Assembly (NCBI RefSeq): GCF_008831285.2
Contig: NC_045138.2
Coordinates: 24,800,001-24,864,000 of the forward strand
Direction: 5' to 3'
DNA length: 64,000 nucleotides
DNA from: Nymphaea colorata
Taxonomy: Eukaryota
In this document: positions 1 through 12,253 of the stretch, in pieces
Layout: every line of letters begins with the position of its first letter
Position numbering within the stretch: position 1 is the stretch's first letter
Position numbers and translations under genes: made by a program
The notes under the pieces: model-generated
Told to the model about the DNA's origin: nothing
The model's input: only the letters and a program-made list of their open reading frames with translations
Database searches by the model: none

Positions 1-394
1 TCTATTCTAATCTGGAAAGCGCGAAATCGTCAAACTTATGATTTTTCCACCAAGCGGTCAAAAGGAATAAATCTTAAGAGAAAAATCCCACAAATATGTA
101 GAAGCCAACCTTGTCATCAGCGAACGGGTGAGATAGCTCGACGCGGGGATGAGAAAGCCTAGTCTTGGTTGCCATTGTTCGTCTTGGTTCGCGAATGACT
201 TTGATTCGTCGATCCGAGAGGCTGATCAACATCGTGAAAATGGGAGGTCGAAGAGAAATTTTCCTCCTTAAATCTCAACAGATCAGAATTAATATATATA
301 CGACAAATCTTCATATTCAAGATATTTATATGATAAAATATAGTATGTTTGTATATCGAGTTGGACCACCCCCTCCATGACATAAGCCCCCACC
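1..394 (-). mobile_element. Probable LTR-retrotransposon 3' LTR fragment running off the window start
   Basis: On the minus strand a purine tract (GGTGGGGGCTTA, 383-394) is followed directly by TGTCATGG at 382, the PPT-TG junction typical of Ty3/gypsy 3' LTRs; TATA-like run near 290-300. The other end is not visible. Confidence 0.35.
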
Positions 395-3300
395 GCACGG
401 TGGGCCAAGAAAATGAAACTGATTGATATTGGGATTTGCCGATTACTTTATACAAACAAATTAGAGACTGTTCAAGAACGATAATAGTATGTTCAAATAT
501 TGAAATAAATATGATGAATACGATGAATACTAACATATTGTTGCCAAGGCCCACCTATTTCATACATCTTCAGTTGTAGGCTTTGTTTCATGTTTTCTTT
601 TTTGAAAATTAGGCTATGAAAGGATACATTTTCTTATGTCACATAATATTTTCAAGAGGGTCTAATATCCTCAACCCTCATTAATCCTTGTCAAGTCATC
701 CCCATTACAATTGGTAGGTTCCACCAAAAAGAATTAAAAGTCCACTATATTATTTACATAGGCCTGTTCCCAAGATGGAGGAGGGTAAGGGGTGAAGATC
801 ATTTCAATCAATACTTAATTTCGGAGATTATATGGCCTAGCTGCTCTCTCCTTACTACCATGCTTTAATATTCTTCCGCTTACATGCTCACGGGGAAAAT
901 TTCCTCCAAATAAGCAAACTTTACTTCGTAAGCTGATCATTTGCTTGAGACCTCGAAGGATCATACATCTTCAAAATAAAAAGGAAAACATTCAAAATTG
1001 CTATTCGGCTGCGGCGCCGTGCTCGTTCTACGGCTGGGTGACTGTGTCGCTCCTTCTATCCACTCCCTTCCCACCCCTCTTATTTCGTTTTGTTGTCCAG
1101 TTATCTTGTATATTTCTTCTTTTTATTTATGTTTTTGATGTTTGTTCTTATATCCAAATTTTGTTATGAATTCTCATTTTAACGGCAAAATTGTCAAATC
1201 AGGTGCATTTCTCTTGGGGCGTGATTCTGAAGTCTGCTCGGAATGAGCTTCCATGACCACCGTGCTTTTACAATGACAACATGAACACGCTGATGCTTAT
1301 TGATTTAAAGGATTGTTTGTTTCCAATAGTTAAATTGGAATTGGCTCCTTCTGGCTTTGATATGAGATATGAACCACAAGGTGGTAGATCAAATTCAAAA
1401 CCATGAACCATTAATGGACCCAGATATACATCGTTGACAATTCTATCCATCAAAGCGATAAGGCTGAACAGCTCCATCGTGATGTGGAAAAGGATAGCCA
1501 TTTCATTGAGAGGGCACATTTCTAGATTAGATTAGCGCCGAGGATGCATTTCGTTCCATGGATCTTAAATCTGTGAATCTAAAGTCTCATGAATTCGGCA
1601 ATTAACCTGACAAGATTTGAGGTTCTTAATTCGATCCACTTATTAACCTGCCTCATTATTTCCAATCTCTCTTAACCTGGCGAGAGGACATCTGGTTATC
1701 GGTCAAACTTATCTTGAATAATTTATCCTCTTTCCGGATCGGGCAGTTAATTAACCATTCTTTCTCAATCTTTTGAGCTCAAGAGAATATTTGGGACATA
1801 TCAGAATTTTCTTTTCTTCATAAAATTTTATTGGAAAGGCTTTTCCGCAGCCTGGGGATAAGGCTATCGTTGAGCCAGAGATCGACGCTTATCGATCGTC
1901 AGCAAGAAAGTCTAGCTGGTGATGATCAGTGATCATGAACATTAATATATATTTTTTTCTGATCCAAACAAATTGGCGTATTGGGCGTGGCTACCAGATG
2001 ATTTTATCTTTTGTGGTCGTCACTCTTACGTAACCCAAAGCTGATCAGCACCGCTTCTGATCGAAGGGAAGGAGATCTGGAGAACCTTTTAGATGTTTAC
2101 TGAATTGATCAAGGGAAGCAGGCCTGTTTGAACTATACATCCAGAATAAAAGCTTTCACAGCAAAGTTGGTAGATTCCGCCTATCATCATTGTCTGATAT
2201 CTAATCTGAACTTGTGTAAAGAACCAATCAACATACACACCCAAATTCTCAAGAAACTTTTAGCTATTCATCATTTTAGTGTATCAATTTCCTTTCTTTT
2301 TTTCCCCTGCTTGCTGGTTTTAAGAAATAAACAATTCAACCAGCTACCAGGTCCATGAAAATTCTAATGAGTCTGGTTGATTTCTATATTGCTAGCTGTA
2401 AGTTTTCAACCACCTTTCTTAAAAGCCACACCAATAGATTCCCAAAGTTCCTGTGTCTTGTTCTGCTTAAAAGGCTGTGACTACAGACACAGCAATAGCT
2501 TCATTCTGCTTACCTGTGAACATGTCATCAAGAAGCTTTTTCTATTGCCTCCTACCCATTTAAAAATAGTGCAGATGCTTAAATTTTTAGGTTTGGTCAC
2601 CCCAACCATTAGGGGGCAGGCCACATGGACCTAACCACCTTAACTCTGAAGCACCAACACCATGATAATGAGATGAATGGTGGAGGTGGTGTAAGCATGA
2701 CAACATCAAATGATGTAGATGCCTTTACACCTTGTGGGATCTCACTTCTTTAAATTGATCTCAAAGAGCCATTCAATTCTCCCATTCGAGGGAAAAAGTG
2801 GTTAGAAATATAGTAAATAGAACTCTAGTTCCAACCACTATGAGATTCACCTATTCCATTTACCATGTTGGTAGGCAGATATATTGATGAAGTCATACAA
2901 GCAGACCTGGTCCTATTTACAACGTCCATGTTGGTAGGTTCACATTAATGAAATCATAGATTTATGGTAACATAATGGATGCAGGACGTGATCCGTGAAA
3001 CGAAAGGAAATGAATTTTTTGGGAAAGCACTAACCACATCAGCAAGGATGATGGGATTGGAGGAATCGATGTGATGCGAGAGGGGACGCGGAAATGGGGA
3101 ATCAAATTTTAGTAAGAGAAAATGGGTCCTAATCGCACCGGTCAAGGAGAACTGTTAATTAATTTACTTGATCAAAGCGACCTGCATCCTTTTGATCTAC
3201 ACTACCCAACAACAGCAAATTTGCAAAAAATCGACAATGAAGCAGATCGAGTGATTAAAAATACAGTTCAACCAATACTTGGTGGAAATAAGAATATGAG

Positions 3301-3413
3301 GTGCGATACAGACGTTGCAGTATTAACCTTTTTTTTTTATGTATTAAATGTTTTAAAATATTCATTAAATGTAGTAAATATGAGATTCAAGGATTTGGAA
3401 TTGAGTTTCATGT

Positions 3414-3620
3414 GATCGATCGGACGAGCCACGAAAGGTCGAAGCTCTCCCTCTTTCTCCCATCTCTCAGCGCGTTTGGAATTACTTGGGACCTGTGAAC
3501 CAGAATATAGCACATCCGACGTCTTTGTAATTTAAGCGAATAGCACCTACAAGAATTGAACTAATGGCACACTATTAATGCACCCACCAGCTCGACCACT
3601 TAAGCTACACCCGTTGAGGC
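3414..3620 (-). mobile_element. tRNA-derived SINE with a 19-bp target-site duplication
   Basis: Minus-strand head GCCTCAACGGGTG-TAGCTTAAGTGG (Pol III A box) then GTTCAATTC (B box). Flanked by direct repeats TTGGAATTGAGTTTCATGT (3395-3413) and TTGAAATTGAGTTTCATGT (3621-3639), 18/19 identical. Confidence 0.7.
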
Positions 3621-4267
3621 TTGAAATTGAGTTTCATGTCGAGCTGAGGGATCCAAACTAGATTTTTGACATGTAAAGAATTTTGTTCTAACTGATCAGA
3701 TCTAATTTGATGAACAACCAAAGCCCTCCACTTACATGACTGATCACCTATATAATTACATGCCTCATTTGTTAATGTAACTCACCGGCACTATTTAAGG
3801 CTCGAGTATAAATTAACAATAGATCGAAAATTTTCTGCATGATATGGGCACCTATGACGAGGAATATCGCAGTCCCAAGATGGCGTGTCCCTCTGATAGC
3901 AATTGACTGATAGCCGTGGCACAAAGAGAGAGAGAGAGAGAGAGAGATCTGAATCTGATGAACCAAAAATTCTTACATCAAGAAAATTATTCAACAATCC
4001 ATGTAGATGAATAAATAGTATGCAAACAGCTAAGGGGCAGCCAGAGCAAGATACAGAGAGAGTAAGAGAGGTTAATCCATTTCCGAGAGTTTCCTATTTA
4101 CAAATCTCGGCAGCTTCATGGAAGGGACGAGAAATTCCAACACGAACATCTGCTCCACCACCATGTCCATTCTCCACAATCGAGTTATATATATCATAAT
4201 TCTGATGATCACCACCACCATGATGCAACCATTAAGGGCAGCCCTGTACACCATCATGGTCATCTGC

Positions 4268-4645
4268 TCAGTCCACCTCCGGAATGCTCTGCAAGGCCGG
4301 CCTCCAGTGCTTGTGCCGAGTCTCGCTTTCTGTACACCCCAAGCTCGCCACCGTCTCCAACAGTAATTCGGCGGATATGCCCTGCATCCCCACCAAGCTC
4401 ACCAGCTTCTCCAGCTGCTTCTTTGTCACCTTGATCTTAACCTCTGTCGATATCACCTTCTGATCATGACCCTTGTGATCCCCGAACCCAAACTCTCCAC
4501 CCGTCCCTTGGAATTCCCCATCGGCAGAGCTCCGGCCGCGTATGAACGGCCTCAACTCCGGCGTCTGATCACCAATGAGACCAAAGTCATCTTCATCGTC
4601 ATCAACCCACGATCTTGATGAATGGGTCCTCAAGCAATTGCCCAT
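4268..4645 (-). CDS. Small uncharacterised plant protein (At3g20340/At4g21920-like), probably N-myristoylated/S-acylated
   Basis: Intact 125-aa ORF with MGNC N-terminus, EVKIKVTKKQLEKL core and C-terminal WRPALQSIPEVD, which are the recalled family signature. TATAAATA about 120 bp upstream. Confidence 0.9.
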   Translation of the reverse strand: MGNCLRTHSSRSWVDDDEDDFGLIGDQTPELRPFIRGRSSADGEFQGTGGEFGFGDHKGHDQKVISTEVKIKVTKKQLEKLVSLVGMQGISAELLLETVASLGCTESETRHKHWRPALQSIPEVD

Positions 4646-4762
4646 ATCTGATGTATGTGTGTTATATCTCCAGCTATAGAGGGAGAAAGAGATCGATCTA
4701 GAGAGAGGAACAAGAAAATTACGAAGGTTTGCAATGTTCTTCCTTGAGAAAGAGAAGCCGTG

Positions 4763-4770
4763 TATTTATA
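4763..4770 (-). promoter_or_regulatory. TATA box of the 4268-4645 gene
   Basis: TATAAATA on the minus strand followed by a CT-rich leader; TGACGTGG element further upstream near 4897. Confidence 0.65.
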
Positions 4771-5134
4771 ATATGCTGCCAAGGGCAGAGAGATTAGGAT
4801 GACCTAACTCTCTCTATCCCTCTCTAGATCTTCAGTGACATGAAAACGTCAAATCCGACGTTGGGATTTGAGGCCAAGTCAGAGAGAAGATGAGTCTGAC
4901 GTGGGAGGTGAGGCTAATCAGTGTTGGCCAAATCAGCAAATAAAAGTCCAGGGTGCAAATGAAGGTCGCCTGCTGTAGAAGACGCCGTCGGCAGCGGCGG
5001 TGCGCAGAGCCTTCCTCTTCTCTTTGACTCCTTTTCGGTGGGCACGACGTCCTTGTCGTGCTCCAGCTTGGGCTCCGGCTCCGGCTCCGGCTCCAGCTCG
5101 TCAGCTCCACTCGGTGTTGGGTGTTATGTCTCTT

Positions 5135-5497
5135 ACATGGGCAAGAGGACCGGATATTGGTTAGGATGTCAAAGGATCGAAGTATAATCCGATATATTTT
5201 TTACCGCATCTCATTTATCGGATGCTTATGTACTAATTTCAAATAACTATAGACAAACAGAGATCTACACAATATCTCAATCCGGGTTTTAACACAATCT
5301 AAATTCTATACAAATCTGACTTTTATTTTTACATCTGAACCCAAACCCAACTTTTAGATATACAACTGAATCTAACTTTCAAATTTGATTTGATTTGTTT
5401 GATCCAATCCAATTTCTTAATCAAAAGTTAAATTTTCTCACATGCGACTATTTTAAATCAGATGTTTAATTCAAATCCAATCCATTGGCATCTCTAT
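5135..5497. mobile_element. Degenerate ATCC/GGAT-rich MITE-like repeat
   Basis: Reiterated ATCCGA/GGATAT/AATCCAA motifs ending CCAATCCATTGGCATCTCTA; similar sequence at about 7176-7420 and 43500-43758. Boundaries approximate. Confidence 0.5.
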
Positions 5498-7175
5498 AAT
5501 CAATTCATTACTACCCTCTGTCTCTAGGAAGGGACAAGTCTAACCTAGACTTGGCTTATGTTGTTCCAGAAGTTGGGGACTCTTTAGCTTTTAGCACCTA
5601 AATTCTCTGGATCCAAATCCGGTGAGGAACTTCGCCGTCAATTTTCAGCCGAGCCGATTGGCGTCCACGGTGATGGTGTTGGCCACGTATGAGGTATGAA
5701 CTTAGCCAACTAAGGGCATCTTTCAAGAAAGCAAGGTGTGAACACAAGGGATGCCAAAGATTCTAAGGAATGAGCAAAAAAAAAAAAAAATGCAAGGACT
5801 CTTCATAAACAAAATAGCACTTGAAATTACCTTTTTTAAAAAAGAAAAAGTTATTATGGGACCCATTTTGGCTTGCTTTTTTAATTTTCTTACCAAACTT
5901 TTCTAGCCAGTGCCACCTTGGACTGTCTGCCTAGTGGGTGGACCCTAACTCTTTTGTACTGCTATCAATATAGACATCAGAAGCAACAAAAACAAAGTTA
6001 AGCGTGATTGGAAGAGAGCCAGCTAATTGGAACGTTCCCACGATCTTATTGTCTTCCACTTTGCTGTTGAAAGTAAAACTATGTTGATGATGATTGTGCT
6101 ACAATTTCGAAGCATGATGATGTAGAATTGGTAACTCGTTCCTAACCAAGCAGCTTCATTGGATTCACAGCAAACGATAGAAATCCATTCCTTTCTCAGA
6201 AGTTGATTTAATTATTTTCTGAAACGCAGTGTGAGTCAATGCAAGCAGTAGTGTTGCCAATGGACATTATCTAAGAAGAAATTAGATCAACTCCATTGAA
6301 GTTAATAAACAAGTCTCCAAAAAGGAAAAGAAAAATACTGATTATTGCACGGTTGTCAACTGAACTTCCTATGGAATTCGTGATGTGAAGACAACCCGAA
6401 GATGGAAATGCATTTGAACAAAACATATTAATTAGGTGAACTGAACAATGATCCTTTTCACATGTACGTTTCCATTTTCTTGCATGGAAAGGCCTCAACA
6501 ACTGTTACTTCCAGACAAAACGCATGCGGCGACTGTGAGTAATCTGGACATGGATTTCAAGTTTTGGAGCTTAATTTCCAGCATATCAAATTCAGCATAA
6601 TCTGATTTCCCATGTACTTGGACGATCCTAAACCGAAATCCTGGCCGTCTTTTGGATCTTTGATATCACTTGTCAACGACTCTTCCTTCATTCTCGACGC
6701 GTAGGACCGATAATTATGCTTTGTATGGACACTGTGGATCAGATCTTTATCAAGGGAGTGATGGTGGGTGCAGACTTGTTCAGGCCCTGGTAGACCCGAT
6801 GCGGCAGCAACATTCAACGTGACTTTTGTTAGAAGAAAAGAAAAAGACGGAATCATTTGAGTTTCCACTAAGAGCAATAAAGGATGAAGGTATCAAGGGA
6901 TGGCCAACTTGGATTCCCATTCAAACATTTAAGTTGACAACCATGCAACTTAAAGGGATCAGCCCGTATGGCTTGGCCCTTGTTGCCCACTTTCCAAACA
7001 GTTGCTAGTGGTCTGTCTGCCAAAGACTTGCCGTGTGAGGAAAACGACACGTTCTCTGGTCCGGCTAAGAGTGTCGGCGCATTGGAGTTGCGCAACTGCA
7101 ATCCGAACCCCCAAGCGGATCACTTGCTTTTCGTAAGCAAGATTCAAAATAGGATCTAGTTACAAAGGAATGAGG

Positions 7176-7420
7176 GATGTCGAAATTCAGATATGAAAAA
7201 TAATTTAACATCGGATTGAGAAACTGGATTGAATCAAAATTTGAGAATTGACATTCAATCAGATCAGACTTCTGTTTTAAATAAATATCCGATAGCATTC
7301 AGCATACAGCATTCAAATTCGTATGTCCAATATCCATACATTTTGAAAGTCGGTTTTAACATATTATAATACGGTTAGATTTGGTTGTATATCTAAAAGT
7401 TAGATTCGAATAAGATGTGA
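7176..7420. mobile_element. Degenerate ATCC/GGAT-rich MITE-like repeat (second copy)
   Basis: Starts AGGGATGTC and has the same motif make-up as 5135-5497 and 43500-43758 (which ends GACATCCC). Confidence 0.45.
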
Positions 7421-7488
7421 ACCTCAGAACCTGGGAGGGATTTGACAATAACCTCCTCTCTCCTTTTCACTTTTCCTACCTGCATGGC

Positions 7489-8205
7489 TGCACCATCCCA
7501 AAAATTTAGTCTTATATTGAAGATTGCGAAGGATCTTCAAGGCGTTATAAAATGGGATACTAAATTGGTGGTTGCTCTGGTTCTTAGCCTTTTTGAGATT
7601 GCAGTCGAAATTACTAAGAGACAGGTTGAGAAATGTTGAACTAAAGGCTTGAGCCCAAGAGTAGGTCTGGTTGTTACTTTGGTATTAGAGCCGGTTCAAC
7701 ATTCGAACATATAGTCCCACACATGCGGATGTATGTGCTTTAAAGAGGATGGATTGTGGTATCGGAGCTCGTTCAACACTCGGGCCTAGGGTCCTACAAG
7801 CGCGGATGCGTGTGCTTTAAAGAGGGTGGATTGTGGTATCAGAGCCGGTTCAACACTCGGATCTAGGGTCTCACACGCGTAGACACGTGTATTTTAAAGG
7901 GGGGTGAATTGTGATATCAGAGTCGGTTCAACACTCGGATCTGGGATCCCACACGCGCGGATGCCTGTGCCTTCAGGGGGTAGATTGTAACACCCCAAAA
8001 TTTTAGTCTAATACTGAAGATTGTGATGGATTTTCAAAGGGTTATTAAATAGATGATTGTTCTGGTTGTTAGTGTTTTTGGGGTTAGAGTTGAAACTACT
8101 AAGGGGAGTATTGGAGTAAGGTTAAGAACGCTCGAAAAAACATGAAAGACCCTTAATCTCCTGCTTCTAAAGTCTTGGGTTACGTCAGAACCCGGGTGGT
8201 GTACA
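7489..8205 (+). mobile_element. TRIM (miniature non-autonomous LTR retrotransposon) with a tandemly amplified internal domain
   Basis: Two diverged ~190-220 bp direct repeats: 7489 TGCACCATCCCAAAATTTAGTCTTATATTGAAGATTG... and 7986 TGTAACACCCCAAAATTTTAGTCTAATACTGAAGATTG... A tRNA-iMet PBS follows the left repeat and a purine tract precedes the right repeat. No coding capacity. Right end (GTACA at 8205) is tentative and no TSD is recognisable. Confidence 0.75.
7680..7987 (+). repeat. Four tandem 76-78 bp PBS-PPT units
   Basis: Units start at 7680, 7757, 7834 and 7912. Each begins with TGGTATCAGAGC or a 1-2 mismatch variant and ends in a purine tract plus ATTG (e.g. AAAGAGGGTGGATTG). Confidence 0.95.
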
Positions 8206-8749
8206 ATAAACACATCAATAAAGTGTTGTGATCCCACTTTTTATGATTTAAAAGAATAGCATCCACAAAAATTAAACAAGCGATCATCCTTTTTCATACT
8301 CATCTGTTCGATCAGCTCTATCCTACGTCCTTTGAGGCCCCTCACCTTCATCTCAAGCCTCTAATATAAAATAGTAATATATATGTTTGATGAATGAATA
8401 ATATGGCTTACTCATGTTTCATTGTTCTCAAATTCAAGTCAGATTTGGGATCCTGGTGCCATAGATTTTGTATTTTATGGTAATTTTGTGCGGCACATCG
8501 TCAGTTTTCCGTGAGACATAGCATCCGTGATTACTGCATCGATCTGAAGAGGCAAATTTTTTTGTAGTTGTACCACTTACCAGTTCAATAGGCATTATAA
8601 TGTTGACATTTTACAGATTATATTGATAAATAATTCATACTTTTTGGTAGTCAAAGCGATTCCTACTCTTTCTTTTCAACTCTCAAGTTGGCGAAAAACA
8701 GTTAAGTTTAATCTCACTGTTACCAGCTGAATATAGCACAAAGCTACAA

Positions 8750-8752
<3 letters not shown>

Positions 8753-8781
<29 letters not shown>
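8753..8781. repeat. (TA)n microsatellite
   Basis: Pure TA run. Others at about 27732-27771, 40320-40351, 40510-40528 and 44618-44649. Confidence 0.95.
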
Positions 8782-8784
<3 letters not shown>

Positions 8785-9789
8785 CTTTTCGTCATTTTTA
8801 GGGCACTTTGTGTCAATTTTTTGCTTCCATAAACAGAAATAGGTTATGAAAAACGCGGACTATCGATCTGCGTGCGATGATTTTATCATTGATTTTAATG
8901 ATTTCTATATCACCTCAAAGATTGACAGGACATCTTAAACAAGTTACCGCAAACACACGTCTGAGCATGCCAAATTGCCAATCAACAGCAGCGGGGCCTG
9001 ATCTTTTTTTTATTGAGTGACTAATTTATGAAAAAAATTAGACATTTCCAAGTAAAGTTATCGAGGGACACCATAAATAAGCAAATTATTGAAGGAAACC
9101 AATATAGAATTATATATTAAGCAAATAATTACAGTCAATTAATAAGAAATAAATGAATTCTATGGAACTGTGTGGGCCACTGGCCATACAAGCGCATAAA
9201 ATAAAAAAAGGTTGCATGTGCACCAATGGAAAGAATGACCAAAGTTGTTTCCTTTTTTAATTAAAAAGGAAAAAAAAGGACCAGCAAAGTCAGATCCTGC
9301 TATAGCCATGAAAACTTAAAGGAATCCATCATCATCATCTTTATATATAGTGAAAGCGTTGTAAAGAACTTCTGTTCACATATAGGTCATGTGATTGAAA
9401 TACCGTAAGTAGCTAAGATACCCTGCAAACCAACCGCCCAAAATGTTTTGAAAGCTTAATCACTCACAAAGATGGTGTGAAAACAACAATGGGGAAGGAA
9501 CGATTCCACCAGTCCGTGAGAAAGACAAGGATATCAGAGCATCAAAGGAAATGCCAAGTCCGATTCACAAGCACACCTTTGACAATTTCACCGGATTTTT
9601 GTGTCGCCCAGATACCGACTGCACATGCAATTTTCTTGTGAAGCTTCATTGGGTCCCATTAGCCGATGGTGTATGCTGCCGGACCCGTGTTTTGGTGTGG
9701 ACGTCTCCGATTCAAACCAGCTCCTGGACTTCATCTACCCACTGCTTGCCGGTATTGGTCATGGAGATTGATGGCACATTGCTCATTAA

Positions 9790-9987
9790 TACAGTATCTG
9801 CTATGCGGGAAATAACCAAAGATTGATTGAAAAGTCCCATAAAATGAAATACTTTTAATGGGTATGCCCTGATTCTAGGAAAACTTTTACAGTATCTGCT
9901 ATGCGGGAAATAACCAAAGATTGATTGAAAAGTCCCATAAAATGAAATACTTTTAATGGGTATGCCCTGATTCTAGGAAAACTTTTA
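9790..9987. repeat. Perfect 98-bp tandem duplication
   Basis: TACAGTATCTGC...GGAAAACTTT at 9790 is repeated identically at 9888. Confidence 0.95.
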
Positions 9988-11176
9988 GATAGTGAAGGAA
10001 ATCGTCAAGTTTCTTGGAAATGTCCGACCAGCTGATTCAGAAGGTACTTGTTTTATCATACCTTGTTCAGGTTTATTTTCCGGTGTAAAACCCTAGATAT
10101 CCATGCTTATGCCTCTTGGCAAAGGATGCATTTTGGGTGGTGAATCCAGGGACACCATAACAGCAAGATTCCATGTTGGTGCTCAACTTGATGGTCGTTT
10201 TTCCTGGTGGCATGCAATTTATCCCTACTGGTAAAAGTTTGATAGGTAAAAGGAGAAACTTTATGCGGCAGATTTAATTAATGTAGCACCATTTGAAGAA
10301 ATGAGGAAGCCGAAGGATCAAAACCTTGTAGCTTCTACCATTATGGTACGAACAAGCAAGTGGGGAGCTGCAAAGTGGGTCATCGACACAAGTTTGTAGA
10401 CGTACATTAGAAACCTTATCAATCATGATAGTTTGGTTTCCTGTCACATGTTTCAGAACTTCAGATGAATTGTAAGTGCAATCCAATTTCACATGGATTA
10501 GAAGTGCCCATTATGGTTTTATGGCCATAAAACCTATGAATCGAATATTTATTTGTTGCTAAAAACATGCCTTTCGAGTCTAAAATGTTGGACATATTTA
10601 AAGCCATTGATTTTCGAATCATCAGAAGAAAACCATGAGCACATGCTAGCAGGACATCTGTAATTTGCAGCAATTCTGCAAAATGGAAAGATGAATCACA
10701 TGCTAGCTATATCTTGAAAGGATAACATCTCTCATCTTCCTTACATAACACTCCTTATCTTTCTTAGTGAGGAAAAGGAAATATTACAAGATGCTCTGCA
10801 TTTAATTCAATTGCAACTAAGCTAGCCACAATTATCTTTTCTAGGAAGAAGTTGAAGCAAGAACCAAGACCTGGGCCCTGCTGCTTATTTGGCCTGGATT
10901 TTACTCTTCTAGTTCATCTACTTGCGAATCATAGAAAGGTTTGCGGTGACTTGTGCTGTATGAATACACATTTCCGGCTCTTCTGACCAGTTTCTGCAAT
11001 AAAAGGTTGCCAATATTTTAGACAGCCTAGTATGCCATTGACAGGCAACACTATGAGCCTCAATGTTACTGTGAGATGCATTTGACATGGGATTTGAAGT
11101 TGATGCTGGCCTTATTTGTTAAGGAATCCCTTTGAATTTTATCACCACTAATACCGTAAATGTAACTTGAATTGAT

Positions 11177-11218
11177 CTCTCTCTCTCTCTCTCTCTCTGA
11201 CACACACACACACACACA
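11177..11218. repeat. (CT)n(CA)n compound microsatellite
   Basis: Direct reading; a similar compound run lies at about 30719-30765. Confidence 0.9.
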
Positions 11219-12193
11219 ACATGCATTCAGGGCCCAAATTTGCCAACAGAGCAACACTGAAAGCCATGCATGGTTTCCCTCACTTAGTCAAGCAAAAGTT
11301 GCTTTGTATTGTTTAGTGTATACACAATATTATATTTTCTTCGATAATACATGCACAAAGTTATGCGCATCATTAAAATATTCACCGACTATGAGAGAAT
11401 TAAATCATTGCAGCTATCATTCGTCTATGGCCCTAGACCTGTAGCATGTGCCTTGGCAATTTGAGCTTGTCCATATTCCTTTACATGGAATATCTAATTT
11501 CGAAACCGATGGGCGTCCAAAGTGCTCGAAAAATTTTGTTTATGAAATGACTTGAATATAATTTTTGGATTATTTTTGGAAAAATATAATAATAACACGA
11601 AAAATACACTCAACTGGGAGATCCCGATTGAGATGGTTCAGACTAAGAAACTCAAAGTTCTGCAGCATTCACCATATCCAAAGGTTACTGGATCTGCACT
11701 TGTTTGCTAGTGCTTCGATGATTCTGACATCTCCCAGGATAAACTCAAAAGCCTCTGAAAAAGCATGATGCCGGTGAAAACTCTGCTGAGGGGCCACCAT
11801 TCAACATTTTATAAAAGAAAGGCCCACGTCAATAAACAAAAGGTTGTTTGAGGTCAGATGAGTATCTTTTATAGGATTCTTCTTTTGTAGCCTGAGTTAT
11901 CCAGCGGCATGTGACTAGCTTTAAAAAGTATGTAATGTCAATTATAATATAATGAACTGACAGATACTTGTCTTCAAGTTCCAATGTGTTGAATGAGGAG
12001 ATCAATGTGGTTGCATCTACAATTAATTATAATCTTCATATTATAAAGTCTCAATACCTTTTGTAAAATATAGGACCTATAAATATTTGAACTTTGTAGT
12101 TGTAGCCATTGGTCGAGGACTCGAGGCATTCAGTTTCCTTAAAACTTAAAAAGACATCTCACTCTCCTGACAAACTGTACTACTACACATGGG

Positions 12194-12204
12194 TCTCTCT
12201 CTCG

Positions 12205-12249
<45 letters not shown>
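12194..12249. repeat. (TC)n(CG)9(AG)n compound microsatellite containing a 36-bp perfect palindrome
   Basis: TCTCTCTCT (12194-12202), (CG)9 (12203-12220), then the AG run; 12194-12229 is self-complementary. Confidence 0.95.

Positions 12250-12253
<4 letters not shown>

Noticed and set aside
3540..3620. tRNA gene
   Set aside because: A and B boxes are present but there is no cloverleaf or acceptor stem; the flanking TSD indicates a SINE.
6270..7160. Cluster of 60-106 aa ORFs on both strands
   Set aside because: No consistent frame, splice pattern or recognisable homology.
7680..7987. CRISPR-like array
   Set aside because: Whole units are homologous, with no unique spacers; the context is eukaryotic with no cas genes; the motifs are a retroelement PBS and PPT.
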